Notes: generated by a model not told the origin, from the letters alone. 64,000 nt of DNA from an uncultured Erysipelotrichaceae bacterium (GCA_944326795.1 CALVFJ010000001.1:16795-80794), one strand, 5' to 3'; numbered from the stretch's first letter, positions 52,108 to 61,379 are shown. Numbers and translations are program-made.

Positions 52108-52548
52108 TCATATTCCTAATATCTTTTTTAGTTTTGGAACATAGCGCCTAGATACATATGTTGTCGTTCCATTTGATAGTTTAACGCAAATTGTACCGGT
52201 AAAACTCAAATCAAAGTTATTGACTTTTCTTAAGTTAATAATTTCTGAATTTGATATACGAATAAATTCATTAAATGGCAAACGACTTTCTATTTCATAC
52301 AATCTAAAACGAAGAATATATTCTCCTTTATTAGTAACTGCATAAACTTTTCCAGCATTTGCATAAATACGAATCAAATCTGACTGCTCTATTATTTCAA
52401 TTTTTTCATCTTTTTGACCAGAAATTATTTGTGATGTATCTTCTGAGAGCTTTTTTACAATGTTGTTCACATCTTCGGTCATTGATGCAGTTAGAATGAT
52501 TATTTTGGGCTTGATATATGAACTATCAATCTTAATTTCGACCTGCAT
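52108..52548 (-). CDS. Stand-alone LytTR-domain DNA-binding protein (no receiver domain)
   Basis: The C-terminal FIRISNSEIINLRKVNNFDLSFTGTICVKLSNGTTTYVSRRYVPKLKK is a LytTR signature. Start at MQVEIK with GAGGTGA upstream. Confidence 0.75.
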   Translation of the reverse strand: MQVEIKIDSSYIKPKIIILTASMTEDVNNIVKKLSEDTSQIISGQKDEKIEIIEQSDLIRIYANAGKVYAVTNKGEYILRFRLYEIESRLPFNEFIRISNSEIINLRKVNNFDLSFTGTICVKLSNGTTTYVSRRYVPKLKKILGI

Positions 52549-52891
52549 GATGATCACCTCTTTTTTTGTGCTGTTATTATAAATAAAACGGATAATAGTT
52601 TCAATGAATTTTCGATAGTTGGTTGATTTCAAAATATAACTGGTCAATAATCGTGTGGAGGTTCTTTAGGCTTAGAATTATTTGTGTTATGTCCAAAAAT
52701 GTTTTTTATCACCATATATTTGTCCATGGTGATATCAATCGTGCGTATCTATCTTAGTACCTTGAATGTTATAGGTTCTGCTTATTTGGCTTTTTTAAAG
52801 GATAAGATGAAGATATTTTTTAAGACTATGGAAAACATTATTAAAATACGGTAACCACTGTTAAAAGATCGACATTTTGATGCTTTTAGGA

Positions 52892-52928
52892 CAAAAAAAC
52901 GGTAATCTAGTGATTACCGTAATTTTTT
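52892..52928. terminator. adhE terminator (bidirectional)
   Basis: ACGGTAATC-TAGT-GATTACCGT perfect stem flanked by A7 and T6 runs. Confidence 0.65.
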
Positions 52929-52929
52929 A

Positions 52930-55578
52930 TTAATAGCTTTTGGTATAACCGTTATAAGCTTTTACCAAGATTTCTTTCATTTCTTCGACCATTGGAACAC
53001 GAGGATTAGCAGGTGAACATTGGTCTTCATAAGCTAGATAAGCAATCTTATCAAGGTTATTCATGAAGGTTGTTTCATCTAAGCCTTGTGCTTTGAAGCT
53101 CATTTGGATACCGCAATCGATAGCTAGATCGCCACAAGCACGAGCATACATTTCAACGCCTTCAGCAATGGTATTTGGTTTTAAACCGATTGCTAATGCT
53201 AGTTCGAAATATTTTTCATCAGCTTTATAGTAGTTATATTTTGGCCAGATACCAGGTTTTTCTGGTTTGGTACCATTGTAGCGAATGACATGAGGCATCA
53301 AGATAGCGTTAGCTCTACCATGAGGAACATGATATTCACCACCGATCTTGTGAGCTAAAGAGTGGTTAACACCTAAGAAGGCATTAGCGAAAGCCATACC
53401 AGCTAGACATGAAGCGTTATGCATCTTTTCACGAGCTTCAGGATCGTTTTTGCCATTGTTTACCGCACGAGGCAGATATTCAAAGACCATCTTAACAGCT
53501 TGTAATGCTAAACCATCAGTAAAGTCACTAGCTAAGGTACTAACGAAAGCTTCAGTAGCATGGGTCAAGACATCCATACCGGTATCTGCCGTGATGCTTT
53601 TTGGTAGGCTCATCGTTAAGCTTGGATCAACGATAGCAACGGTTGGTGTCAAAGAGTAGTCGGTCAATGGATATTTCTTGTTTTCTTCCTTATCGGTGAT
53701 AACAGCGAATGGGGTTACTTCCGAACCGGTACCACTGGTCGTTGGGATACATACCAATTTAGACTTTTTGCCTAGTTCAGGATAACGGAAAGCACGCTTA
53801 CGGATATCCATGAATTTTTGTTTTAGATCATCAAAGTTAACATCAGGTTGTTCATAGAATAACCACATACCTTTAGCAGCATCCATGCTTGAACCACCAC
53901 CGATCGCGATGATCGTATCTGGACGGAAAGCTTCCATCAAGCTCAGACCACGTTTAACGGTTTGAATGCTTGGATCTGGTTCAACATCACAGAATAATTG
54001 AACTTGAACCTTGTTTCTTCTTCTTTCTAATTGATCAGTAACCCTTGTTACATAGCCTAGATCGACCATTGATCTATCGGTAACGATGAATACACGTTCC
54101 ATTTCGCGCATGTCGTGCAGATATTCGATTGAGTCTTTTTCGAAGTAGATCTTGCTTGGAACTTTGAACCATTGCATATTGTTTCTCCTTTTACCGATTT
54201 TCTTGATATTTAATAAGTTGATCGCACTTACGTTGTCTGATACCGAGTTATGTCCGTAAGATCCGCATCCTAATGTTAATGAAGGGATGAAAGAATTATA
54301 GACATTACCGATACCGCCAAAAGTACTAGGAGAGTTCCAAATGATACGGCAGGCTTTTAAACGTACGCCAAAGCGTTTAGCTAATTCTTCATTAGAAGTA
54401 TGGATGGCAGCAGAGTGACCTACACCATTGAACATTACCATTTGTTCTGATTTGTTCAAGCCATCTTCTACCGAATCAGCTTTTAGCATTGCTAGAACTG
54501 GTGATAATTTTTCGCGGGTCAATGGTTCGTTTACACCAACTTCGCTGCATTCAGCGATGATGATGCTGGTCTTAGCTGGGACTTCAAAGCCAGCATTTTT
54601 AGCGATCCAGCTTGCGCTTTTTCCTACGATATCTGGATTTAATACGGCTTTGGCGCAATCTTCTTTAGATGCGACATTGAACATATATTTTTCTAATAAT
54701 TTCTTTTCTTTTTCGTTGGCAAAGTATACATTGTAGTCTTCAAAGATTACCTTGACATCATCATATACTTCTTTATCAACGATAACAGCTTGTTCGCTGG
54801 CACAGATCATACCATTATCGAAAGCTTTTGATAAGCAGATATCATTAACTGCTTGTCTTAAATTAGCTGTTGTTTCGATATAGGCAGGGACGTTTCCGGC
54901 ACCAACGCCTAATGCTGGTTTTCCGCATGAATAAGCGGCTTTTACCATGGCGTTACCACCAGTAGCTAAGATCGTAGCGACCCCAGGATGGTTCATCAAG
55001 CAGCTGGTTGCATCCATGCTTGGAGCTTCGATCCATTGGATACAGTTTTCAGGAGCGCCAGCTTTGATTGCGGCTTCATATACGACCTTAGCTGCAGCGA
55101 TCGAACATTGCTGAGCTTTTGGATGGAAAGCAAAGATGATAGGGTTTCTGGTTTTTAAACAAATCAATGATTTGAAGATCGCGGTTGAAGTAGGATTGGT
55201 TACGGGGGTAATACCAGCGACGACACCTACTGGTTCGGCGACATAGGTCAAACCTTTGACGACATCTTCTTCAATAACGCCGACAGTTTTTAAATGACGC
55301 ATATGGTTAACGACATATTCGCAAGCAAATAGATTTTTGGTAGCTTTGTCTTCAAAGACGCCACGTTGAGTTTCTTCGATAGCTAATTTAGCTAGCTCAC
55401 CATGTTTATCTAGGGCAGCTACTGAACATTTTGCGACGATATAATCGATTTTTTCTTGATCGAAGTAATAAAATTCATCCAAGGCTTTTTGAGCTTTTGC
55501 TACCTTGATGTTAACTTCTTCGTTGTTAGTAGGTCCACTAACTTTTGCTTCTGTTTCTTGAACTTTCTTTGTTGCCAT
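52930..55578 (-). CDS. adhE: Bifunctional acetaldehyde-CoA/alcohol dehydrogenase
   Basis: 882 aa. An N-terminal ALDH domain (catalytic Cys context GMICASEQ) is fused to a C-terminal Fe-ADH domain (GGGSSMDAAK, HSLAHKIG). Start at MATKKVQ with AGGAGGA upstream. Confidence 0.95.
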   Translation of the reverse strand: MATKKVQETEAKVSGPTNNEEVNIKVAKAQKALDEFYYFDQEKIDYIVAKCSVAALDKHGELAKLAIEETQRGVFEDKATKNLFACEYVVNHMRHLKTVGVIEEDVVKGLTYVAEPVGVVAGITPVTNPTSTAIFKSLICLKTRNPIIFAFHPKAQQCSIAAAKVVYEAAIKAGAPENCIQWIEAPSMDATSCLMNHPGVATILATGGNAMVKAAYSCGKPALGVGAGNVPAYIETTANLRQAVNDICLSKAFDNGMICASEQAVIVDKEVYDDVKVIFEDYNVYFANEKEKKLLEKYMFNVASKEDCAKAVLNPDIVGKSASWIAKNAGFEVPAKTSIIIAECSEVGVNEPLTREKLSPVLAMLKADSVEDGLNKSEQMVMFNGVGHSAAIHTSNEELAKRFGVRLKACRIIWNSPSTFGGIGNVYNSFIPSLTLGCGSYGHNSVSDNVSAINLLNIKKIGKRRNNMQWFKVPSKIYFEKDSIEYLHDMREMERVFIVTDRSMVDLGYVTRVTDQLERRRNKVQVQLFCDVEPDPSIQTVKRGLSLMEAFRPDTIIAIGGGSSMDAAKGMWLFYEQPDVNFDDLKQKFMDIRKRAFRYPELGKKSKLVCIPTTSGTGSEVTPFAVITDKEENKKYPLTDYSLTPTVAIVDPSLTMSLPKSITADTGMDVLTHATEAFVSTLASDFTDGLALQAVKMVFEYLPRAVNNGKNDPEAREKMHNASCLAGMAFANAFLGVNHSLAHKIGGEYHVPHGRANAILMPHVIRYNGTKPEKPGIWPKYNYYKADEKYFELALAIGLKPNTIAEGVEMYARACGDLAIDCGIQMSFKAQGLDETTFMNNLDKIAYLAYEDQCSPANPRVPMVEEMKEILVKAYNGYTKSY

Positions 55579-55588
55579 ATATCCTCCT

Positions 55589-55606
55589 TTGTGAAGCATT
55601 TCACTT
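55589..55606. promoter_or_regulatory. Rex (redox repressor) operator-like site 1 upstream of adhE
   Basis: TTGTGAAGCATTTCACTT versus the Rex consensus TTGTGAAnnnnTTCACAA: 12 of 14 specified positions match. Confidence 0.5.
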
Positions 55607-55652
55607 ATGACATCAGTAATATATCACTGAAAAAAGAGGGTTGCAAGCACTT

Positions 55653-55670
55653 TTGTTAGCAAATTCACAA
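55653..55670. promoter_or_regulatory. Rex operator-like site 2 upstream of adhE
   Basis: TTGTTAGCAAATTCACAA: 12 of 14 specified positions of the Rex consensus match. Confidence 0.4.
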
Positions 55671-55770
55671 GTAACCGTTTACATTTGAGAAAAAATTTTT
55701 TGTAAGCGTTTCCTTGGAAAAACTAGCAAAAAAATATATCTTCAGGTAAAATAAAACAAAGGAGATCTTC

Positions 55771-56589
55771 ATGATGATCAAACAAAATTTACATACGCAT
55801 TCGATATATTGTGATGGACAAGATACGATCGATGAAATGGTTGAAATGGCCATTGCTAAAAAATTTGCGGTTCTTGGTTTTTCTAGCCATGGACCAAATG
55901 AACCTAATGATGATTATTCGTTGCCTGCTGAATTCTTGGCATCTTATATTCAGGATGTACATAGAGCAAAACAAAAGTATGCTGACAAGATCAAGATCTA
56001 TCTTGGTATCGAGCAGGATGCCTTGGGACAAAGATTTGATCATAGTATCTTTGACTATATCATTGGCAGCGTACATATGGTTAGTGATGGTAAAAATTAT
56101 CTGCCGATAGATAGTAGCAAGCAATTGACCTTAAAGATCATCGCTGAAGGCTATGGTGGCGATTTTTTAGCTTTTACGCAAAGCTATCTTAAAGAAATGC
56201 AAAAATTGATCGATGATCCGCAGGTTGATATCATTGGGCATTTTGATCTTATCCAAAAGTTCAATGAAGATCAAAGCATGATCGCCTTTGATGATCCTAT
56301 ATATCTAAAGATGTGCTATGATGCACTGGATTTGATCATTGCTAATGATAAGATCATTGAAATAAATACGGGGGCTATAGCTAGGGGATATCGCAAGTCG
56401 CCATATCCTGATGTTAACCTTTTACGCTATATTGCTAAGAAAAAGGGCATGATATGTTTGAACAGTGATTGTCATGATCGCCATTATCTGGATTGTTATT
56501 ATGATGAAAGCTTGGAATTGATCAAAGAGTGTGGCTTTACGCATCTGATGATCATGCATGATGATGGGTTTAAAAAAACAGCTATCTAG
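55771..56589 (+). CDS. PHP-domain phosphatase, HisJ (histidinol-phosphatase) family
   Basis: The N-terminal NLHTHSIYCDG motif, later GSVH and GHFD metal-ligand blocks, and a C-terminal SDCH. Confidence 0.8.
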   Translation: MMIKQNLHTHSIYCDGQDTIDEMVEMAIAKKFAVLGFSSHGPNEPNDDYSLPAEFLASYIQDVHRAKQKYADKIKIYLGIEQDALGQRFDHSIFDYIIGSVHMVSDGKNYLPIDSSKQLTLKIIAEGYGGDFLAFTQSYLKEMQKLIDDPQVDIIGHFDLIQKFNEDQSMIAFDDPIYLKMCYDALDLIIANDKIIEINTGAIARGYRKSPYPDVNLLRYIAKKKGMICLNSDCHDRHYLDCYYDESLELIKECGFTHLMIMHDDGFKKTAI

Positions 56590-56592
56590 CTG

Positions 56593-56865
56593 TTAATAAT
56601 TATATTGGAATTTCTTTTCGCTAGGGTCGATGGGTAGCGCTTTAAGCGTATAGTCTTCGACCTTGATGAACATGTTTCCGGCTTTGATGATAGCGATGAA
56701 CTGATCGATTGTAGCTTCATCCCCTTGAACGAAGATCTCGACCATGCCATTTTCCATGTTGCGGACCGAACCGCTCAAGCCTAACTGTTGAGCATTCATG
56801 ACACAAAAATAACGGAAACCTACGCCTTGTACCCGTCCGGATACGATCATATGATATCTTTTCAT
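56593..56865 (-). CDS. acyP: Acylphosphatase
   Basis: 90 aa, with the acylphosphatase signature VSGRVQGVGFRYF...GSVRN..NG.VEI in MKRYHMIVSGRVQGVGFRYF...GSVRNMENGMVEIFVQG. Confidence 0.85.
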   Translation of the reverse strand: MKRYHMIVSGRVQGVGFRYFCVMNAQQLGLSGSVRNMENGMVEIFVQGDEATIDQFIAIIKAGNMFIKVEDYTLKALPIDPSEKKFQYNY

Positions 56866-56928
56866 TAATAGTTTCTCCTTGTAATAATTATAAATGAATA
56901 TTTTAGACAAAACAAATGATTTGTTTGG

Positions 56929-56957
56929 TAGACAATCAGCTAAAAGTACATTATACT
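56929..56957 (+). promoter_or_regulatory. Candidate promoter of the riboswitch-ATPase transcript
   Basis: TAGACA (56929-56934), 17 bp, TATACT (56952-56957). Confidence 0.45.
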
Positions 56958-56965
56958 TAAGCATG

Positions 56966-57076
56966 TAATAGGGGAGTAGCTCTAGACATGTATTCGTCAG
57001 CACGGAATATCCCGGATACAAATCTTTGTTTTATATGAAGAAGCAAGACCTATGACATAATAGGCTTTTTTTATGC
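56966..57076 (+). promoter_or_regulatory. yybP-ykoY-class (Mn2+) riboswitch-like leader with a terminator/anti-terminator platform
   Basis: AUAGGGGAGUAGC (56968-56980) and AGCAAGACCUAU (57042-57053) match the two most conserved blocks of the Mn2+ riboswitch as I recall it from Lactococcus (AAAGGGGAGUAGC ... AGCAAGACCUUU). CCUAU (57049-57053) can pair either with the 5' AUAGG (the P1 helix) or with the downstream AUAGG (57060-57064), which is followed by a U7 run (the terminator). Confidence 0.65.
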
Positions 57077-57091
57077 CTTAGGAGGTTATAT

Positions 57092-59695
57092 ATGTATTTT
57101 AATGAATCCGCTCAAGATGTCTTAAAACAGCTTGAAAGTGATGAAAACAAGGGGCTGAGCCAACAACAAGCCCAAAAGAATTTAGCTAGATATGGCTATA
57201 ATGAATTGGTAGAACAAAAAAAGCAGCCTTTATGGTTACGCTTTTTATTGCAATTTAGCGATCCGCTGATCATCTTATTGATCATTGCTGCTGTCGTTTC
57301 GATCATTGTTGATCCTGCGGAATGGGTAGAAAGCTTGATCATCTTTATCGTAGTGATGCTGAATGCTGCACTAGGAACCTTTCAGGAGTACAGCGCTGAA
57401 AAGTCTTTAGAATCTTTGAAAAAATTAAGTGCACCAAATGCTAAGATAATTCGTGATGGTGAACGTTTGACGATACCTAGCCGGGAGCTAACGGTTGGCG
57501 ATGTGGTGATCATTGAAGCCGGAGATTATGTTCCAAGCGATGGGCGTATCATCGAATCGTTTAATTTACAGATCGATGAATCGAGCTTGACCGGTGAATC
57601 GGTGCCAGTCAATAAGAAAACCCTTAAGATCGATGCTGATGATGTAGCTTTAGGCGATCGCAAGAACATGGCTTATGCCAGCACGGTATGTACATATGGC
57701 CGAGGCAAGATGGTCGTTACTAGCGTGGGCATGAACAATGAAGTAGGAAAGATCGCTACGATGTTACAAGCTTCAAGCAATGAGATGACCCCACTGCAGA
57801 TCCGTTTGAATCAATTGTCAAAGATCATCGGTATCATGTGCGTGGTTATCTGTATCATCGTTTTTGGCTTAGAATGGATGGAAGGCCAAGATATGTTAGA
57901 AGCCTTCAAGACCGCGGTTGCTTTAGCGGTTGCCGCTATTCCTGAAGGTTTGGCAACGGTAGTAACGATCGTCCTGTCGATCGGAGTTACCAAGATGGTC
58001 AAACAAAATGCCATCATTCGTAAGCTGCCAGCTGTTGAGACCTTAGGCTGTGCCAGCGTCGTATGTTCAGATAAGACCGGTACCTTGACCCAAAATAAGA
58101 TGACGGTCGTTGAAACTTATTTGCCAAACCAAGGCTTAAGATCATTTGATGAAAAAACGCCAAAAGATCAATCATTGGTTGAGCTATTGCGTTATTTTAC
58201 CCTTTGTACCGATGCTGAATTAAAAGTTAGCGACGGCAAGATCGAGCTATTTGGCGATCCAACCGAAACGGCCATGGTCGCTGCTAGCTATATCTTACAA
58301 GAAACCAAAGAAGAATTAGCTTTAAGATATAAACGTACCAAAGAATTAGCTTTTGATTCTGATCGTAAGATGATGACCGTTTTCTATGAGTGTGAGGATG
58401 GCATTTATTCCTTTACCAAAGGCGCACCTGATGCGATCTTCAAACGCAGCACCAACGTAGTTCCTGCAGATAATGAAGCTTATGAAAAGATGGCTGATAA
58501 GGCGCTGCGGGTCTTAGCAGTAGGTGTTAGGAAGTGGGAAAGCTATCCTGTAGATATTACCAGTGACACGGTTGAACAAGATCTAACTTTTATGGGCTTG
58601 ATCGGTATGATCGATCCTCCGCGCTTAGAAGTAAAAGATGCCATCGTACAAGCTAAAAAAGGTGGTATCCGAACGATCATGATCACGGGTGACCATGTGA
58701 CAACGGCTAAAGCCATTGCCCGCGATCTAGGGATCCTAGAAGATGGTCATATAGCTATTACTGGTCAGATGTTAAACGAAATGGATGATCAAGCTTTGGA
58801 TCAACAGATCGAAAAGATCAGCGTATATGCTAGGGTTTCACCTGAGCATAAGGTCCGCATCGTCAAGGCATGGCAAAGAAAAGGCCAGGTCGTTGCGATG
58901 ACCGGCGATGGGGTAAATGATAGCCCGGCTTTAAAAACTGCTGATATCGGTTGTGCCATGGGCATTACGGGTACGGATGTCAGCAAAAATGCTTCTGATA
59001 TGATCCTTACCGATGATAATTTTGCGACGATCATCCATGCGGTAAAACAAGGCCGTGGGGTCTATCGTAATATCAAAAAAGATGTTCAGTTTCTATTGTC
59101 GAGCAATATCGGAGAAGTGCTTACCATTTTCTTGGCTAGCTTGATGGGCTTATTTGGCCATACGGTAGGCGTACCTTTGGCTTCGATCCATCTATTGTGG
59201 GTCAATCTGATAACGGATACCTTACCAGCATTTGCTTTGGGAATGGAACCGGTTGATGATGATATCATGTTAGAAAAACCACGCCCTAAAGATGAAGGCT
59301 TTTTCGCGCATGGTTTAGGCTTGACCATTGGCTGGCAGGGTGTCATGATCGGTTTGCTGACCCTTGCTTCTTACTTGTATGGTAATGCGCATAGCCATGA
59401 GCTAGGACAAACGATGGCATTCTTTACATTGTCGATGTCACAGCTGTTTCATGCTTTTAATATCAAGAGCGAACATAGCATTCTGCATCGTACGATCGTA
59501 AATAATAAATACTTGCTTGGTTCCTTTGTTGTCGGAGCATTATTAAATGTTATCGTAATGTATACTCCAATGAACCAGATCTTTAACCTAGTGCCATTGT
59601 ATGGCAATTATCTGATCGTTGCTTTGAGCTTAAGCTTTGCACCGATCGTTATCGTTGAAATTGCGAAAGTAATCAAAAGGACCTTGGCTAAATAG
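57092..59695 (+). CDS. P-type IIA cation-transporting ATPase (Ca2+/Mn2+-type)
   Basis: 867 aa. It has the TGES actuator motif, the SDKTGTLT phosphorylation site, ITGDH and MTGDGVNDSPALKTADIG. The topology is SERCA/YloB-like. Confidence 0.9.
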   Translation: MYFNESAQDVLKQLESDENKGLSQQQAQKNLARYGYNELVEQKKQPLWLRFLLQFSDPLIILLIIAAVVSIIVDPAEWVESLIIFIVVMLNAALGTFQEYSAEKSLESLKKLSAPNAKIIRDGERLTIPSRELTVGDVVIIEAGDYVPSDGRIIESFNLQIDESSLTGESVPVNKKTLKIDADDVALGDRKNMAYASTVCTYGRGKMVVTSVGMNNEVGKIATMLQASSNEMTPLQIRLNQLSKIIGIMCVVICIIVFGLEWMEGQDMLEAFKTAVALAVAAIPEGLATVVTIVLSIGVTKMVKQNAIIRKLPAVETLGCASVVCSDKTGTLTQNKMTVVETYLPNQGLRSFDEKTPKDQSLVELLRYFTLCTDAELKVSDGKIELFGDPTETAMVAASYILQETKEELALRYKRTKELAFDSDRKMMTVFYECEDGIYSFTKGAPDAIFKRSTNVVPADNEAYEKMADKALRVLAVGVRKWESYPVDITSDTVEQDLTFMGLIGMIDPPRLEVKDAIVQAKKGGIRTIMITGDHVTTAKAIARDLGILEDGHIAITGQMLNEMDDQALDQQIEKISVYARVSPEHKVRIVKAWQRKGQVVAMTGDGVNDSPALKTADIGCAMGITGTDVSKNASDMILTDDNFATIIHAVKQGRGVYRNIKKDVQFLLSSNIGEVLTIFLASLMGLFGHTVGVPLASIHLLWVNLITDTLPAFALGMEPVDDDIMLEKPRPKDEGFFAHGLGLTIGWQGVMIGLLTLASYLYGNAHSHELGQTMAFFTLSMSQLFHAFNIKSEHSILHRTIVNNKYLLGSFVVGALLNVIVMYTPMNQIFNLVPLYGNYLIVALSLSFAPIVIVEIAKVIKRTLAK

Positions 59696-59705
59696 TCAAG
59701 GCCCT

Positions 59706-60302
59706 TTATTTTGTGGCGCAAAACGCTGCTAGTTCTTTTTTGCCCTTTGCGGTAAGATAGGGATACAAAACGTCCCAATGGATCCGCATGAATACTTCTT
59801 TGGGCACCAAAGGATAATTGGTATCATGATCTAATTCACGGACCCATTCCAGATGCGCTAGCATGATCATCGTGATAAGCGAAACGATGATATCATGGGA
59901 TAGTTCTAAAGTAAAATAATCATCTTGCTGCAAGGATTCGATAGCTGCGATCAAAAGCTGTTTTTGTCTTAAAACATTTTTTTGATTATCTTGAGCTAGC
60001 AAATTATCGATCGTAGCTAGTTCGCTGTTGGTAAAGAAAAAGCGATTATCGATCAAGCTATTCAGCATTTCGTTGAAGATGCTATCAAGATCTTTGATCG
60101 AAGATACAGATATGGCCGTATGCAAAAGCTTATTATCATTTAATAAAGCCTTGAAGATATCTTCTTTTTTCTTGAAATGATAAGTAAGATTGCCAACGCT
60201 GATATCAAGCTTAGCAGCAAGGCTGCGCATGGAAACCTGCTGATAACCTTTTTCGTTGAACATGGTCCTAGCACAATTCAAGATTTCTTGTTTAGTGATC
60301 AT
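59706..60302 (-). CDS. TetR/AcrR-family transcriptional regulator
   Basis: The HTH region ARTMFNEKGYQQVSMRSLAAKLDISVGNLTYHFKKKEDI is typical of TetR. Confidence 0.8.
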   Translation of the reverse strand: MITKQEILNCARTMFNEKGYQQVSMRSLAAKLDISVGNLTYHFKKKEDIFKALLNDNKLLHTAISVSSIKDLDSIFNEMLNSLIDNRFFFTNSELATIDNLLAQDNQKNVLRQKQLLIAAIESLQQDDYFTLELSHDIIVSLITMIMLAHLEWVRELDHDTNYPLVPKEVFMRIHWDVLYPYLTAKGKKELAAFCATK

Positions 60303-60334
60303 CTTGTTTCCTCCTTAGATTATCATACTAAATA

Positions 60335-60390
60335 TTGACAAATAGTACAAGTGTGCTAAAATATGAGCGTAAAATAGTACAAATGTACTA
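60335..60390 (+). promoter_or_regulatory. Promoter of the lipoprotein gene with two TetR-type palindromic operators
   Basis: TTGACA (60335-60340), 16 bp, TAAAAT (60357-60362). O1 is TAGTACAAGTGTGCTA (60343-60358, one arm mismatch) and O2 is TAGTACA-AA-TGTACTA (60375-60390, perfect 7-bp arms). Confidence 0.55.
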
Positions 60391-60401
60391 ACGGAGGGAA
60401 A

Positions 60402-61043
60402 ATGAAAAAATTATTTGCTTTATGCTTAAGCGTTTTATTATTGGCAGAATGCAGCAATACAACTGATGCAACCGAAGAACAAATAAGTGCTCCTACAAGT
60501 ACGGCACCGCAAACTACTGCTGCTAGCGAAGAGGTCATCGTTGCTGATACATTTACATCTGCTAGCTTGACCAGAACCGTGCTTAGCGATGCTGATCTAA
60601 GTGCAGCTTATGAAAATTTGGCCGCTATTTCCAATGATCTAGCAACTTTAGCTATTTCACAAGAAGAAGGATATGCTGAACCTGAAAGCAAGCTAGCACA
60701 AGTAATGAGCGTTAATCCTGATGGTTCGATCGCCATGAGCACGATCCATGCTTGGAAAGTAGATCCTGAAACGCAAACGATTACCGTGGTAATGACCGAT
60801 GGACAGACTATTTCTAACTTAGTTGAACTAGGTAAACGCGGTTCGATCTTGGTACATGGTGATATGTACTACAATATGCATGTCGAAACAGCCGATATCA
60901 TCAAATTAGATTATAGCGATGAAGCTTATGAAAACGGTGAATTCAATATGTCATATTCAGGCAAGGATAATCAGCTATGTGAATATACCGTTACTTTTGA
61001 TATCTTAACGATCGAAAGCACTCCATTATACGTATTTGACTAA
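60402..61043 (+). CDS. Lipoprotein, function unknown
   Basis: Signal peptide with a lipobox-like LLLAEC, then a Thr/Ala/Glu-rich linker and a ~150-aa domain with no recognisable family. Confidence 0.6.
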   Translation: MKKLFALCLSVLLLAECSNTTDATEEQISAPTSTAPQTTAASEEVIVADTFTSASLTRTVLSDADLSAAYENLAAISNDLATLAISQEEGYAEPESKLAQVMSVNPDGSIAMSTIHAWKVDPETQTITVVMTDGQTISNLVELGKRGSILVHGDMYYNMHVETADIIKLDYSDEAYENGEFNMSYSGKDNQLCEYTVTFDILTIESTPLYVFD

Positions 61044-61049
61044 ATGCAG

Positions 61050-61082
61050 AAAATGACCTTTAATGGTCATTTTTGCTTTTTT
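61050..61082 (+). terminator. Rho-independent terminator
   Basis: AAATGACC-N5-GGTCATTT stem followed by TTGCTTTTTT. Confidence 0.65.
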
Positions 61083-61121
61083 AAATTGAATTTTATGCGG
61101 TTAAGATGATATAATACCAAA

Positions 61122-61367
61122 GTAAAGCGTTATAACTAAAGAAGTAGTAGTAAGCAATTTCTGACATATCAGCGAAAGATACATCATGGTGCAAGTATCT
61201 ATGTTCATATGCTTATGAATTCATCTTTATAGTGGGACCAATCATCCTCGGCTACTGCCGTTATCCAGTTAATTAAGGTGTATCTTCAGCATGCTGAAGA
61301 TAAATCAGGATGGTACCGCGTAATTTAGTTATCATTGCGTTCCTGTAGATAGGAACGCATTTTTTTA
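61122..61367 (+). promoter_or_regulatory. T-box leader (Phe specifier) controlling pheST
   Basis: Candidate UUC specifier at 61159-61161. F-box CCGTTA at ~61257-61264. T-box AATCAGGATGGTACCGCG at 61303-61320. Terminator GCGTTCCT...AGGAACGC plus T7 at 61337-61367. An upstream TTGAAT-18-TATAAT promoter lies at 61086-61115. Confidence 0.8.
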
Positions 61368-61379
61368 TGGGAGGATAAG

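Noticed and set aside
55700-55715. cre (CcpA) site in the adhE/PHP-phosphatase intergenic region
   Set aside because: It is only a partial match to the cre consensus (mismatches in the 3' half), which is too weak to call as a feature. It is mentioned only within the Rex finding.
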